Part shown: positions 1 to 9,624 of the stretch, piece by piece
How the letters are laid out: every line of letters starts with the position of its first letter
How positions within the stretch are numbered: the stretch's first letter is position 1
DNA from: an uncultured Holophaga sp.
GTDB taxonomy: Bacteria > Acidobacteriota > Holophagae > Holophagales > Holophagaceae
Assembly (NCBI GenBank): GCA_963664825.1
Contig: OY761614.1
Coordinates: 2,976,001-3,040,000 of the forward strand
Direction of reading: 5' to 3'
DNA: 64,000 nucleotides
The notes under the pieces: generated by a model
Database searches by the model: none
Told to the model about the DNA's origin: nothing
The model's input: only the letters and a program-made list of their open reading frames with translations
Translations under genes and position numbers: made by a program

Positions 1-176
1 ATCCAGGCCAGAGGCAGATGTGCCCCCAGCCGACCAAGCCCGTCCGTCGGGAAACCGCTGCAAGCAGCGTCCAGTTCGAATGTCAGGAGAGATGCGTCAG
101 CCATCTCTGGCTTGTGCAACATCCCTATTGATAAGTACATATAAAAATGCCGCTCAGTGTTAACTGAGCGGTATTA
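1..176 (-). mobile_element. Left end of an IS4-family insertion sequence (rest lies outside the window)
   Basis: The reverse complement of 159-176 is TAATACCGCTCAGTTAAC, close to the IS4 terminal IR TAATGCCGATCAGTTAAG. The minus-strand frame from ATG 122 reads MLHKPEMADASLLTFELDAACSGFPTDGLGRLGAHLPLAWI, resembling the IS4 transposase N-terminus (HLPxxWI). Not in the ORF track because the window edge truncates it. Confidence 0.75.
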
Positions 177-443
177 CGGGGCAACCCGGCTCTTTCTCGT
201 TTGAGATGGATATATCCCTCAACGCCCTCATTCAACGTCAGATTTAGAGAACCCATTCATTCAGGTGAGCCATCTTTTCTCGCCAGGGAGAATCGCCACC
301 GAGAGCCATCAAAGATGGTCTCAATGGGGCTGCGCATTGGGCGGGAAGGATATCTTGCTTAAACGAGTTATGGAAAATCAATTGTATCAACGATACACTA
401 ATCGGCTTGAATTCGCCCATTAGGGCGCCCATCGGAGTCCAGC

Positions 444-3400
444 GTGTTTCGACGATGCTCACTGAGCCTAGCCGTACTATTTCTTTCTGCGTTCCTGCCC
501 CTATTTGGGGCGGTGACCATCAGCGTTAGTCCCACCACGGCCACTGTGAACCAAGGTGCAACCAAGACCTTCGCGGCTACCGTTGCAGGTTCGACCAATA
601 CGGCCGTGACCTGGAGTGTGACCACCACAACCGGTGGCGCGGTGAGCGATTCCGGGGTCTACACGGCCCCGATGACGGCGGGCACCTACAAGGTTCGGGC
701 GACCAGCCAGGCAGATGCCTTGAAATATGCCGAGGCTACGGTGACCGTCCCTGTGGTCAAGGTCACCGTGAGCCCAACTATTGCCACCGTGGCACAAGGT
801 GGCGCCCAGTCTTTTTCAGCAGCTGTTACCGGGTCGGTTGATACCACGGTTGCCTGGAGTGTGGTCACCGCCGGTGGCGGAACGGTAAGCGAAACAGGGG
901 TCTACACCGCTCCACTGACCCCTGGCACTTACAAAGTAAGGGCAACCAGCCAGGCAGATGCGACAAAATTTGTCGAAGCCAAGGTCACGGTGCCCGCGAT
1001 CGAGATCTCAATAAGCCCCACCACTGCCACGGTGGATCAACTTGGCATTCAAGCTTTCACCGCCACCACAACAGGGGCGGCGAATACAAACGTCACCTGG
1101 ATTGTGACTTCGGCAGACGGGGGAACAGTGAACCCAACCGGGACTTATACGGCCCCCATGAAAGCTGGCACGTACAAAGTTCGAGCGACCAGTGCGGCGA
1201 ACACTGGAAAGTTTGTCGAAGCTACCGTGACCGTTTCCGAAATTGTGATCGCAGTGAGTCCTATCACAGCCTCCGTAATCCAGGGTGCCACCAGGGCATT
1301 CAAGGCCACCGTAACGGGCATCACGGGAACGGCGAACAAGGCGGTGAGCTGGAGCGCTTCCATCGGAACCATTGACGCGAGCGGAAACTACACAGCCCCA
1401 ACTTCGGCTGGTTCTTGCACTATCACAGCCACTAGCAGCGCTGATGCGACTAAGACAGGAACCGCCACCGTCACCGTTCCGGCGGTCACCATTTCCGCGA
1501 GCCCCACGACCCTGACGCTTGCGCCTGGCGCCACACAAACGTACACGGCCACGGTGGGTGGCACGAGCAACAAGGATGTGACCTGGGCGGCTAGCGGCGG
1601 CAGCATTTCCACGACCGGTATTTTTACGGCGCCTGCCACGCCAGGCCTGTACACCATTACGGCCACCAGCGGCGCCAACACAGCCAAGATTGCCACGGTG
1701 AAAGCAGTCGTGACCGTGGATGGCAATATCGATGTCTCCGGAACGTTCACGAGTCCCCAGGGCAGTCCCATCTTTTATCAATCCGGAACCTCCGTCAGCG
1801 GGTCCTGGGATCGCACTAACGACATGGGATACGTAGCCAACCTCACGGGCACGTTGACCGGCAAGGTGTTTTCCGGCTCCTGGGTCTCCGTGGATGGAAC
1901 TGTGAGTGGGAAGTTCACGCTCACCTTCGGGGCTGACGGTGGGTCTTATACAGGAACCTACGGCAACGCTGAATCAGATGCCGATGGCGGTGCATGGACC
2001 GGTACGCGGAAAAACGGCGTGGTCAGCGTGAAACTCATTCCAGCCTCTGCCGTTTTGAAGCCGGGGGTGACTCAGGCCTTCCAGGCTCTGGTAGCGGGAG
2101 CCTTCGTCAAGACCGTCACCTGGACCACGACTTCTGGCGTCATCGGCCAGGACGGCGTATTCGTCGCGCCTGCCATTCCCGGCCTCTGCACCATCAAGGC
2201 CACCAGCGCCGCGAAAACCACCTCGAGTGCCTCCGCACCGGTCGTGGTGACCATGGACGGCCTTCTGGATATCAGTGGCACCTTCACCAGTCCTCAGGGT
2301 AATCCGACAATCTTTCAGAACGGGTCTGCGATTCAGGGAACCTGGGATAGCACCAGCTATATGGGATATGTCGAAAATTTCTCCGGCACCCTAAACGGCA
2401 ATATCCTTTCCGGTAATTGGAGTTCTCCGGATGGGGCTCAGGGCGGGAAGTTTACGCTGACCTTTGCTGCAGACGGGGGCTCTTACTCGGGAACCTACGG
2501 AAATGGTGATTCCGACTCCGATGGAGGAACGTGGACCGGCACGCGTCAGAGCGGCGTGGTTAGCGTGAAACTCATCCCAGCCTCTGCCGTTTTGAAGCCG
2601 GGGACGACTCAGGCCTTCCAGGCCCTGGTCGCGGGAGCCTTCGTCAAGACCGTTGCCTGGACCACGACCTCTGGGGTCATCGGCCAGGACGGCGTATTTG
2701 TCGCGCCTGCCATTCCCGGCCTTTGCACCATCAAGGCCACCAGCACCGTAAAAACCACCGCCAGTGCCTCTGCACCGGTCGTGGTGACCATGGACGGCCT
2801 TCTGGACATCAGTGGCACCTTCACCAGTCCCCAGGGCAATCCGACAATCTTCCAGAACGGGTCTGCGATTCAGGGAACCTGGGATAGCACCAGCTATTTG
2901 GGTTATGTCGAAAATTTCTCCGGCACCCTAAACGGCAATATTCTTTCCGGTAATTGGAATTCTCCGGATGGGGCTCAGGGCGGGAAGTTTACGCTGACCT
3001 TTGCTGCAGACGGGGGCTCTTACTCGGGAACCTACGGGAATGGTGACTCCGACTCCGATGGAGGAGCGTGGACTGGCACACGGAAAAGCGGCGTGGTTAG
3101 CGTGAAACTCATTCCAGCTTCCGCCGTTTTGAAGCCGGGGACGACTCAGGCCTTCCAGGCTCTGGTTGCGGGAGCCTTCGTCAAGACCGTCACCTGGACC
3201 ACGACTTCTGGGGTCATCGGCCAGGATGGCGTATTCGTCGCGCCTGCCGTTCCCGGCCTTTGCACCATCAAGGCCACCAGCACCGTGAAAACCACCGCCA
3301 GTGCCTCCGCACCGGTCGTGGTGACCATGGACGGCCTTCTGGATATCAGTGGCACCTTCACCAGTCCTCAGGGCAATCCGACTATCTTTCAGAACGGGTC

Positions 3401-6400
3401 TGCGATTCAGGGAACCTGGGATCGCACTAGCGACATGGGATACGTAGCCAACCTCACGGGCACGTTGACCGGCAAGGTGCTCTCCGGCTCCTGGGTCTCC
3501 GAGGATGGCACTGTGAGTGGGAAGTTCACGCTCACCTTCGGGGCTGACGGGGGCTCTTACTCGGGAACCTACGGAAATGGTGATTCCGACTCCGATGGAG
3601 GAGCGTGGACCGGCACGCGCCAGAGCGGTGTGGTGAATGTGCGGGTCCTTCCGGACTCCTCCATTCTTCAACCCGGAGGGACTCAGGCATTCCTGGCATT
3701 GGTCGCGGGTAGCTATGTGAAGGACGTCACCTGGAATGCCACTAGCGGAACCATTACACCGCAAGGCATGTACACCGCCCCATCCACCCTGGGGGTCTGT
3801 ACCCTGAAAGCCACAAGCACCGTGGCCACCACCAAGAGTGCTTCTGTCCCGGTGATCATCAGCGCGGATGGTCAGATCGATATCTCGGGCACCTTCACCT
3901 GCCCTCAAGGGAATGCGCTCCTCTATCAATCGGGCAACCAGATCCAAGGGGATTGGGACACCACCGCTTTGTATGGCCTGGCTTCCCGCCTCACTGGAAC
4001 ACTGAATGGCCGCACGTTCACCGGATCCTGGTCCACACCGGACAATGCTTATTCAGGGCAGTTCCTGCTGGTCTTTGGTGCAGATGGTTCATCTTTCACG
4101 GGTTCCTACGGCAATGGTGTTTCGAATTCCGACTCCGGTGAGTGGGCAGGGTCTCGCCAGCCGGGTGTCGTCACCCTGAAGGTTCTTCCTGCCGGTGCTG
4201 TCCTCGCGCCGGGTGCAACCATGCAGTTCCAGGGATTGGTGGCAGGGAGCTATCTGAAGACCGTGAATTGGGAGGCCAAGGGTGGAGGATCCATCGCCGC
4301 GGACGGTACCTATACGGCCCCAACGGCACCAGGGTTCTATTCCATCGAGGCCACACCAACTGCGGATACCACCCAGAAAGTGAGCGTCTCCATCGAAGTG
4401 ACGGCCGATGGGAAGCAGGATGTATCCGGATCCTTCACCACCCCCTTCGGGGATTTGGTGCTGTTTCAATCCGGGACCGCCATCATGGGAACCTGGACGA
4501 ACAGCCAGGTTGGCGGCGCATGCCAAGTGAATGGCACCCTTCAGAATGGCCTCGTAACCGGGACCTGGGTCCTGGGCACGGATGCGAACCAGAATGGTGG
4601 ATTCGCCTTCACCTTCAATCCTGATGGATCTACCTTTAGCGGATCCTTTGGCATGGGTGCTTCGTCTACCGACTATCTATTGACCGGCACGCGCCAGAAT
4701 GGTGTGGTCCTGATCAAGCTCGACCCCAAGTCCGCCATCCTGGCGCCTGGGGGCACCCAGACCCTCACGGCGCTTGTGGCAGGCACACCCGACAAGTCGA
4801 TCACTTGGTCCACCACGAACGGAACCCTGAGCGGCAGTGGTTCCTCAGTGCAATTCACGGCGCCCGCTCAGGAAGACACCGTCACCGTTACGGCCGTGAG
4901 TCCCCAGTTCGCGGGCGTTTCAGCCCAGAGCACGCTGGTCGTGACCCAGGGCATCTCCGTTGTCATCAACCCCAAGGCGGCGCTCATGGCGCTCGGTGCG
5001 AAGAAACAATTCACGGCAACCGTGAGTGGCGTCGCGAACCAGGCCGTGGCTTGGAATGCCACCCTGGGAACCATCGATGGGGCGGGCCTGTACACGGCTC
5101 CATCCGCGCCCGGAACCGACACGATTACGGGCACGAGCCAAGTTGATTCCAGCAAATTCGATCGTTCCACGGTGGTCGTGATCGCGCTTCCCGCCATCAC
5201 AAGCTTCACGGCGACCCCGGCTCTCATCACGCTGGGCAGCGGGAGCATTTTGAGTTGGACGGTGACAGGCGCAACGAGCATCACCCTCGATCACGAGATC
5301 GGAGACGTTTCCGCCCTCACCACCAAGAACGTTTCACCAACCCAGAACACGACGTACACGCTCACGGCCACGAATGCTGCGGGGAGTGTGACGCGGCCCG
5401 TAAACATTCAAGTGGTCGCCCCCAAGGCCACCCTGTCGATCAATCCCAGCGCCATTACCTTGGGGCCTGGCTGCAGCACCACCTTCGCCGCCACGCTCTA
5501 CATGCAGGGAACCAGCGATCGCACTCTGCTATGGACCGCGACCGGGGGCAACCTTATGCCGAACGGTGCCACGGCTTACTACACCGCACCTACGACGCCG
5601 GGTACCTACTTGGTGCAGGTCCGGGCCGCCGCAGATCCCCGGCTTCAGGATGCAGCCACCGCCACGGTGACGGTGGTCGCGGGCGGCGGGGGTATTCCTC
5701 CCGGTGGTGGAGGTCCTGGCTCCTCCACCACCGTTTCGGTGAGCCTCTATCCCAAGACTCTCAAGTTGAATGCCGGGCAGAAATTCACTTTCGAGGCAAC
5801 GGTGGTTGGCTCCAGCAATACGGCCGTGGATTGGCGCCTAGCCAGCACCAAGGGCGAAGCGACGCTGAGCCAGACCGGAGAATTCGAGGCTCTGCGGCCC
5901 GGAACCTACGAGCTGCTCGCCATCAGCCAGGGGGATTCTTCAGCCCAGGATGGTGCCACGGTCACCGTGGAGAGCACAGCCAAGGACACCGGTCTGACTC
6001 TGGGGTCGGGGAGCAGTGCCATCGCCCTGCCTGATGGACGGATTTTTGTAAGCGGGGGGTACCAACCCGAGGCCACCGCGAGCCTTTACGACCCCGAAAC
6101 GGGTGATTCCCAGCCCCTGGGATCCACTCTACAAAAAAGGGTGTGGCCCGGTTTGACCCTCATGGATGACGGTCGTGTGCTTTTGATGGGGGGTGCCAGA
6201 AATCTGCAGTGGGATGACAGCTCTAAGACATGTAAAGACGACGTAGTAGCGGAGTTTTTCGACCCCCTGACCCAAAAATTCGAGGCCCAAGTGGTTTCAT
6301 GGCCGGGATGGACAAATTGCGGCATCTCTAGCGCCTACTGCGACTACAACAACAACAACAACAACTACTACTACAACAACAACTACTACTACTACTACTA

Positions 6401-8930
6401 CTACTACGGCGGCGGCTACTATATGGGTATGGATAATATATTAGGCCCCAATCTGATTCCTCAGGTAAACGACCCCCAGGCATCAGGATACACTGGCTAC
6501 TATGGATACTATGGATACTATGGCTACTATGGCTACTATGGCTACTATGGCTACAATGACTACAATGGCTACAATGGCTACTATGGCTACTATGGCTACA
6601 ATGGCTACAATCCACCTGATGTCTCCCCCGATGCACTCCGTGCCTGCTCGGCCTCCAATGCCATGGACCAGCCTCTTCTCAACAAGGTTTCCTTTACGTA
6701 CGTGAAGAATGAGGATAACAATGGTTTTTATTACGGGGATAACTGGTATCTCTATCCCTGCCGAAGCATCCGCAATGCTGATAATCAGATAACAAATTAC
6801 TACCATTACGTCCCCCAATCGGCTTTCCATCTCAAGGGAGGGGAAATCTTGTTCAGGGGCGGCCTCTACCGCTATTCCACGCAGGTCCTTCGCGACGATC
6901 CAAATAACCCTGGATGGTGGCGGATCGCGCAGGGCGCTCCCGAGAACCCGGCCTCTCGGATTTCTTCCTGGGCCTACAATCCCGCCACCCATAGCTGGCG
7001 AACCCTGGGGAAGACTCTGGAGGATCGCAACCAGCCTTCCTTCGCGGATCTGCCTGACGGAAAGGTGCTCGTTTCGGGAGGCATTGAGACCGATTACCCC
7101 AACCCCACCAATGATGAGGGGGCGACACAGCGCATTGAACCCCGCGCGGAGGTCCTGGATCTCGCCACGGGGGCCTGGTCCTATACCGGAGCCATGATCC
7201 AACCCCGCTATGGCCACGCCAGCCTCTCCCTGCCGGATGGCAAGGTGCTCATCGTTGGAGGACACTACTACGCTGCCCCCGGCAGTACGGATACGCGATA
7301 CGCCGATCTGGTGGAACTCTACGATCCGGAAACCGGGACCTTCCAGGCGGTGGAAAAGCTCATCTATGGCCTGAATTACCCCAAGCTGATTCTCAATAAG
7401 GATGGGCGTGTCTTCCTGCTGGGAGATCGGATTCCCCTGGGTCCCGATCCCCTGGATCAAACCACGTCTAACCTAGCGCGAGGTAAGGCCGGTCTGGCAT
7501 TTGCCTCAGGAGCGGGTGATCCCGTGAGCGGACCGGCGCTGGTGGAGATTGATTTGCACCAACCTGTGCTTGCCGTGGACTTTGTCACGATTAACCAAGG
7601 TGTTGAACGACATCTGTATGACACGGCGCAATCCTCTCAGGACACGCGCTTGACCTTCCGGAAAGATGTTCCCAAGATTGCAGGGCGCCCGATGAGGATT
7701 GGCGCACATGTAAGTGGCTGGAAATTCGATGCCAAGGGGAAGCGCATTCCCCTTAATGCTGTGACAGTCAGGGCATGGCTAGATAACAACTCGGATGATC
7801 CAATGGCTCCTGGTTCACTTCCATGGCAGGTGCCAGTGCTGGCGAGCCACACTAAGGTGCCACCTCTTACACCAAACCGTTTCGGCGAAACGGATTCGAA
7901 TAAGGTCTACTACTTCGACATTGATTCGAGCAATCTTGACAAATTGACTAACAATGCAAAACTGAGGCTCTATCTATCTCCAGCTCTCGGTGATTTGGTT
8001 CCCAAAGGTAACGTTCTTAATTCGTACGAAGAGTCCCAACCCATGGGGCTCGCCTACACACCTAAAATGGACGTGCACTTGGTTCCCATTGCATACACCT
8101 ACGGGACTGGTGAAAACAGCTGCACTTCGACGATGTCGAATACTGATCTCGCAGCTTTTGCAACTCGCATCGGATTACTTAACTCAATCAAGGCCATGTA
8201 CCCCGTCTCCCATGTAGATGCGACTGGTCAACCCCTGGTGAGCGTCCAGGTGAATCCATTTGGGATTTCGGCAACATGGAATGAGGAGTCGGCAAGCGCC
8301 GCGAGCAATGGCGCGAGACGGGGTGCGCTCTACGATGCAAATCAGACAACACGGGAGAGTAATGGCAATGTAATGCGTGTGGAGCTTCAGGAACCACCCG
8401 ATCCAGCGGATCCCGCCATGTCCATGCCCAGGCCGCAATACGCAAGCACCATGGTGCAAGGCCGAAGCAACAATACCTATGTGATCGGCGTCGTTCAGAG
8501 CATTCAGGGGCATACCTTCCCGGGCACAGGGGGTGCCACTTACATTGCAGGCCTCGGCTCACGGGGGTTCCATTGGGCCTGGACCATGGCAGATCTCGAC
8601 GAGAATGGCCAAGTTGTGGCCGATAATCACGCGGCCATTACAGTCCTTCACGAGTTGGGGCATGCGAACGGTGCGGCCCATGCGCCCATTGGGGCCTCGG
8701 ATAATTTTGATCCCATCTGGGCGAGCTTGCTGAACGGGATTTATGGAAATGCGGGCATCGGAGTCCCGGGGTTTTCGTTTTATCCCTTGCCGTGGCGAAC
8801 CTTACCCGTCCTGACCACCGACAAGGATATGATGTCGTACGCGCCGGATGGAACGCGCTGGATCTCAGACTACAATTTTAGTGTGATTTTCAAACAGCAA
8901 GATAACAACGATATTTACGTCAAAGAGTGA
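444..8930 (+). CDS. Giant secreted/surface protein: signal peptide, Ig-like repeats, six beta-barrel modules alternating with Ig domains, Kelch propeller with Tyr-rich insert, C-terminal metzincin-type Zn metalloprotease
   Basis: 2828-aa ORF with a hydrophobic N-terminal signal peptide. About 80-aa Ig-like repeats (VSPTTATV...VTW...G.YTAP...G.Y.V.ATS), Kelch signatures (LPDGRIFVSGG, LPDGKVLIVGG, LYDPETG), HELGHANGAAH (HExxHxxGxxH) and Met-turn DMMSY. Confidence 0.9.
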   Translation: MFRRCSLSLAVLFLSAFLPLFGAVTISVSPTTATVNQGATKTFAATVAGSTNTAVTWSVTTTTGGAVSDSGVYTAPMTAGTYKVRATSQADALKYAEATVTVPVVKVTVSPTIATVAQGGAQSFSAAVTGSVDTTVAWSVVTAGGGTVSETGVYTAPLTPGTYKVRATSQADATKFVEAKVTVPAIEISISPTTATVDQLGIQAFTATTTGAANTNVTWIVTSADGGTVNPTGTYTAPMKAGTYKVRATSAANTGKFVEATVTVSEIVIAVSPITASVIQGATRAFKATVTGITGTANKAVSWSASIGTIDASGNYTAPTSAGSCTITATSSADATKTGTATVTVPAVTISASPTTLTLAPGATQTYTATVGGTSNKDVTWAASGGSISTTGIFTAPATPGLYTITATSGANTAKIATVKAVVTVDGNIDVSGTFTSPQGSPIFYQSGTSVSGSWDRTNDMGYVANLTGTLTGKVFSGSWVSVDGTVSGKFTLTFGADGGSYTGTYGNAESDADGGAWTGTRKNGVVSVKLIPASAVLKPGVTQAFQALVAGAFVKTVTWTTTSGVIGQDGVFVAPAIPGLCTIKATSAAKTTSSASAPVVVTMDGLLDISGTFTSPQGNPTIFQNGSAIQGTWDSTSYMGYVENFSGTLNGNILSGNWSSPDGAQGGKFTLTFAADGGSYSGTYGNGDSDSDGGTWTGTRQSGVVSVKLIPASAVLKPGTTQAFQALVAGAFVKTVAWTTTSGVIGQDGVFVAPAIPGLCTIKATSTVKTTASASAPVVVTMDGLLDISGTFTSPQGNPTIFQNGSAIQGTWDSTSYLGYVENFSGTLNGNILSGNWNSPDGAQGGKFTLTFAADGGSYSGTYGNGDSDSDGGAWTGTRKSGVVSVKLIPASAVLKPGTTQAFQALVAGAFVKTVTWTTTSGVIGQDGVFVAPAVPGLCTIKATSTVKTTASASAPVVVTMDGLLDISGTFTSPQGNPTIFQNGSAIQGTWDRTSDMGYVANLTGTLTGKVLSGSWVSEDGTVSGKFTLTFGADGGSYSGTYGNGDSDSDGGAWTGTRQSGVVNVRVLPDSSILQPGGTQAFLALVAGSYVKDVTWNATSGTITPQGMYTAPSTLGVCTLKATSTVATTKSASVPVIISADGQIDISGTFTCPQGNALLYQSGNQIQGDWDTTALYGLASRLTGTLNGRTFTGSWSTPDNAYSGQFLLVFGADGSSFTGSYGNGVSNSDSGEWAGSRQPGVVTLKVLPAGAVLAPGATMQFQGLVAGSYLKTVNWEAKGGGSIAADGTYTAPTAPGFYSIEATPTADTTQKVSVSIEVTADGKQDVSGSFTTPFGDLVLFQSGTAIMGTWTNSQVGGACQVNGTLQNGLVTGTWVLGTDANQNGGFAFTFNPDGSTFSGSFGMGASSTDYLLTGTRQNGVVLIKLDPKSAILAPGGTQTLTALVAGTPDKSITWSTTNGTLSGSGSSVQFTAPAQEDTVTVTAVSPQFAGVSAQSTLVVTQGISVVINPKAALMALGAKKQFTATVSGVANQAVAWNATLGTIDGAGLYTAPSAPGTDTITGTSQVDSSKFDRSTVVVIALPAITSFTATPALITLGSGSILSWTVTGATSITLDHEIGDVSALTTKNVSPTQNTTYTLTATNAAGSVTRPVNIQVVAPKATLSINPSAITLGPGCSTTFAATLYMQGTSDRTLLWTATGGNLMPNGATAYYTAPTTPGTYLVQVRAAADPRLQDAATATVTVVAGGGGIPPGGGGPGSSTTVSVSLYPKTLKLNAGQKFTFEATVVGSSNTAVDWRLASTKGEATLSQTGEFEALRPGTYELLAISQGDSSAQDGATVTVESTAKDTGLTLGSGSSAIALPDGRIFVSGGYQPEATASLYDPETGDSQPLGSTLQKRVWPGLTLMDDGRVLLMGGARNLQWDDSSKTCKDDVVAEFFDPLTQKFEAQVVSWPGWTNCGISSAYCDYNNNNNNYYYNNNYYYYYYYYGGGYYMGMDNILGPNLIPQVNDPQASGYTGYYGYYGYYGYYGYYGYYGYNDYNGYNGYYGYYGYNGYNPPDVSPDALRACSASNAMDQPLLNKVSFTYVKNEDNNGFYYGDNWYLYPCRSIRNADNQITNYYHYVPQSAFHLKGGEILFRGGLYRYSTQVLRDDPNNPGWWRIAQGAPENPASRISSWAYNPATHSWRTLGKTLEDRNQPSFADLPDGKVLVSGGIETDYPNPTNDEGATQRIEPRAEVLDLATGAWSYTGAMIQPRYGHASLSLPDGKVLIVGGHYYAAPGSTDTRYADLVELYDPETGTFQAVEKLIYGLNYPKLILNKDGRVFLLGDRIPLGPDPLDQTTSNLARGKAGLAFASGAGDPVSGPALVEIDLHQPVLAVDFVTINQGVERHLYDTAQSSQDTRLTFRKDVPKIAGRPMRIGAHVSGWKFDAKGKRIPLNAVTVRAWLDNNSDDPMAPGSLPWQVPVLASHTKVPPLTPNRFGETDSNKVYYFDIDSSNLDKLTNNAKLRLYLSPALGDLVPKGNVLNSYEESQPMGLAYTPKMDVHLVPIAYTYGTGENSCTSTMSNTDLAAFATRIGLLNSIKAMYPVSHVDATGQPLVSVQVNPFGISATWNEESASAASNGARRGALYDANQTTRESNGNVMRVELQEPPDPADPAMSMPRPQYASTMVQGRSNNTYVIGVVQSIQGHTFPGTGGATYIAGLGSRGFHWAWTMADLDENGQVVADNHAAITVLHELGHANGAAHAPIGASDNFDPIWASLLNGIYGNAGIGVPGFSFYPLPWRTLPVLTTDKDMMSYAPDGTRWISDYNFSVIFKQQDNNDIYVKE
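1708..4710 (+). repeat. 537-bp (179-aa) intragenic tandem repeat; near-identical copies around 2014-3630, diverged copies beyond
   Basis: GTGGTYAGCGTGAAACTCAT recurs at about 2019, 2556 and 3093 (537-bp spacing). Protein unit D(I/V)SGTFTSPQG...WTGTR followed by an Ig domain. Confidence 0.9.
6330..6419 (+). repeat. In-frame trinucleotide microsatellite (AAC)6(TAC)3(AAC)3(TAC)8(GGC)3 encoding poly-Asn/poly-Tyr
   Basis: Read directly from the sequence; 30 consecutive codons end in C. Confidence 0.95.
6486..6611 (+). repeat. 14 tandem 9-bp units, consensus GGCTAC(T/A)AT, encoding (GYY/GYN)n
   Basis: Read directly from the sequence. Confidence 0.95.
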
Positions 8931-8934
8931 CGCC

Positions 8935-9624
8935 ATGATGGAGTGCACCGTGAGAGCTCGATATTTTGTTTCTTGTCTGAATTCACTTCTCCTCTCATGT
9001 TCCGTATTGTCTGCCCAGTCATTTGCTGTTCCACAAAAAAAATCGATTAGTGCATACATTGGATTCGAGATTTACCGATTTAGTAATGGTAAATTTCGTT
9101 TCGGTGCTGCGATAAACCATGGCAGATTTTCAACAGAGCAATACACGGAGGATGCCAAATTAAAGCATGAATACTATTATGAGTATACGACACTTTCGGG
9201 GGGGGTGTTGTATGGATCTGTTGATTGTCTTGATGACGTCGTTCGAAAGTGTTTCCGGGGTTCAATACCGACCACAGAAAGCGGGTCTGAATTTCGGATT
9301 TACCGAAATGGAAGCCTTTTTTATAGCTTCCAATCTACTGAGGATCCCATGCAGGTGATATGGAAGGAGATCGAACCGGGTCGGTTTCATTTTAAGTTCG
9401 ACCCACAGGATGAATTTTATCCAGAGGTCGTATGGAACGAGGGGAAGAGCGGATGTCGGGGGAGTGAGCATCTTCAACAGGACGGCACCTTTGTTGTCGA
9501 ACCTGGTCACCTGAAAGAGTCCGGTGTCCTGGTTATCGGTGTCGCCAAGCGGGGGCTTCGCTTCAAGCGCATCTTCATCCGGCCCGGAATCGGGGAGGTC
9601 CCCAAGCCTGATTGGGTGGATTAA
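8935..9624 (+). CDS. Hypothetical exported protein, probably co-transcribed with the giant protein
   Basis: 229-aa ORF starting 4 bp after the upstream stop; signal-peptide-like segment LLLSCSVLSAQS; AT-richer codons. No family recognised. Confidence 0.7.
   Translation: MMECTVRARYFVSCLNSLLLSCSVLSAQSFAVPQKKSISAYIGFEIYRFSNGKFRFGAAINHGRFSTEQYTEDAKLKHEYYYEYTTLSGGVLYGSVDCLDDVVRKCFRGSIPTTESGSEFRIYRNGSLFYSFQSTEDPMQVIWKEIEPGRFHFKFDPQDEFYPEVVWNEGKSGCRGSEHLQQDGTFVVEPGHLKESGVLVIGVAKRGLRFKRIFIRPGIGEVPKPDWVD

Noticed and set aside
6330..6611. Calling a diversity-generating retroelement
   Set aside because: No reverse transcriptase or template repeat in the window; runs of identical codons fit slippage. 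Kept only as a testable aside.
6328..7460. ORFs with MATMAT, HSSHSS or IVAIVA repeats (6502-6705, 6328-6636, 6483-7460)
   Set aside because: Alternate-frame shadows of the microsatellites in the giant gene.
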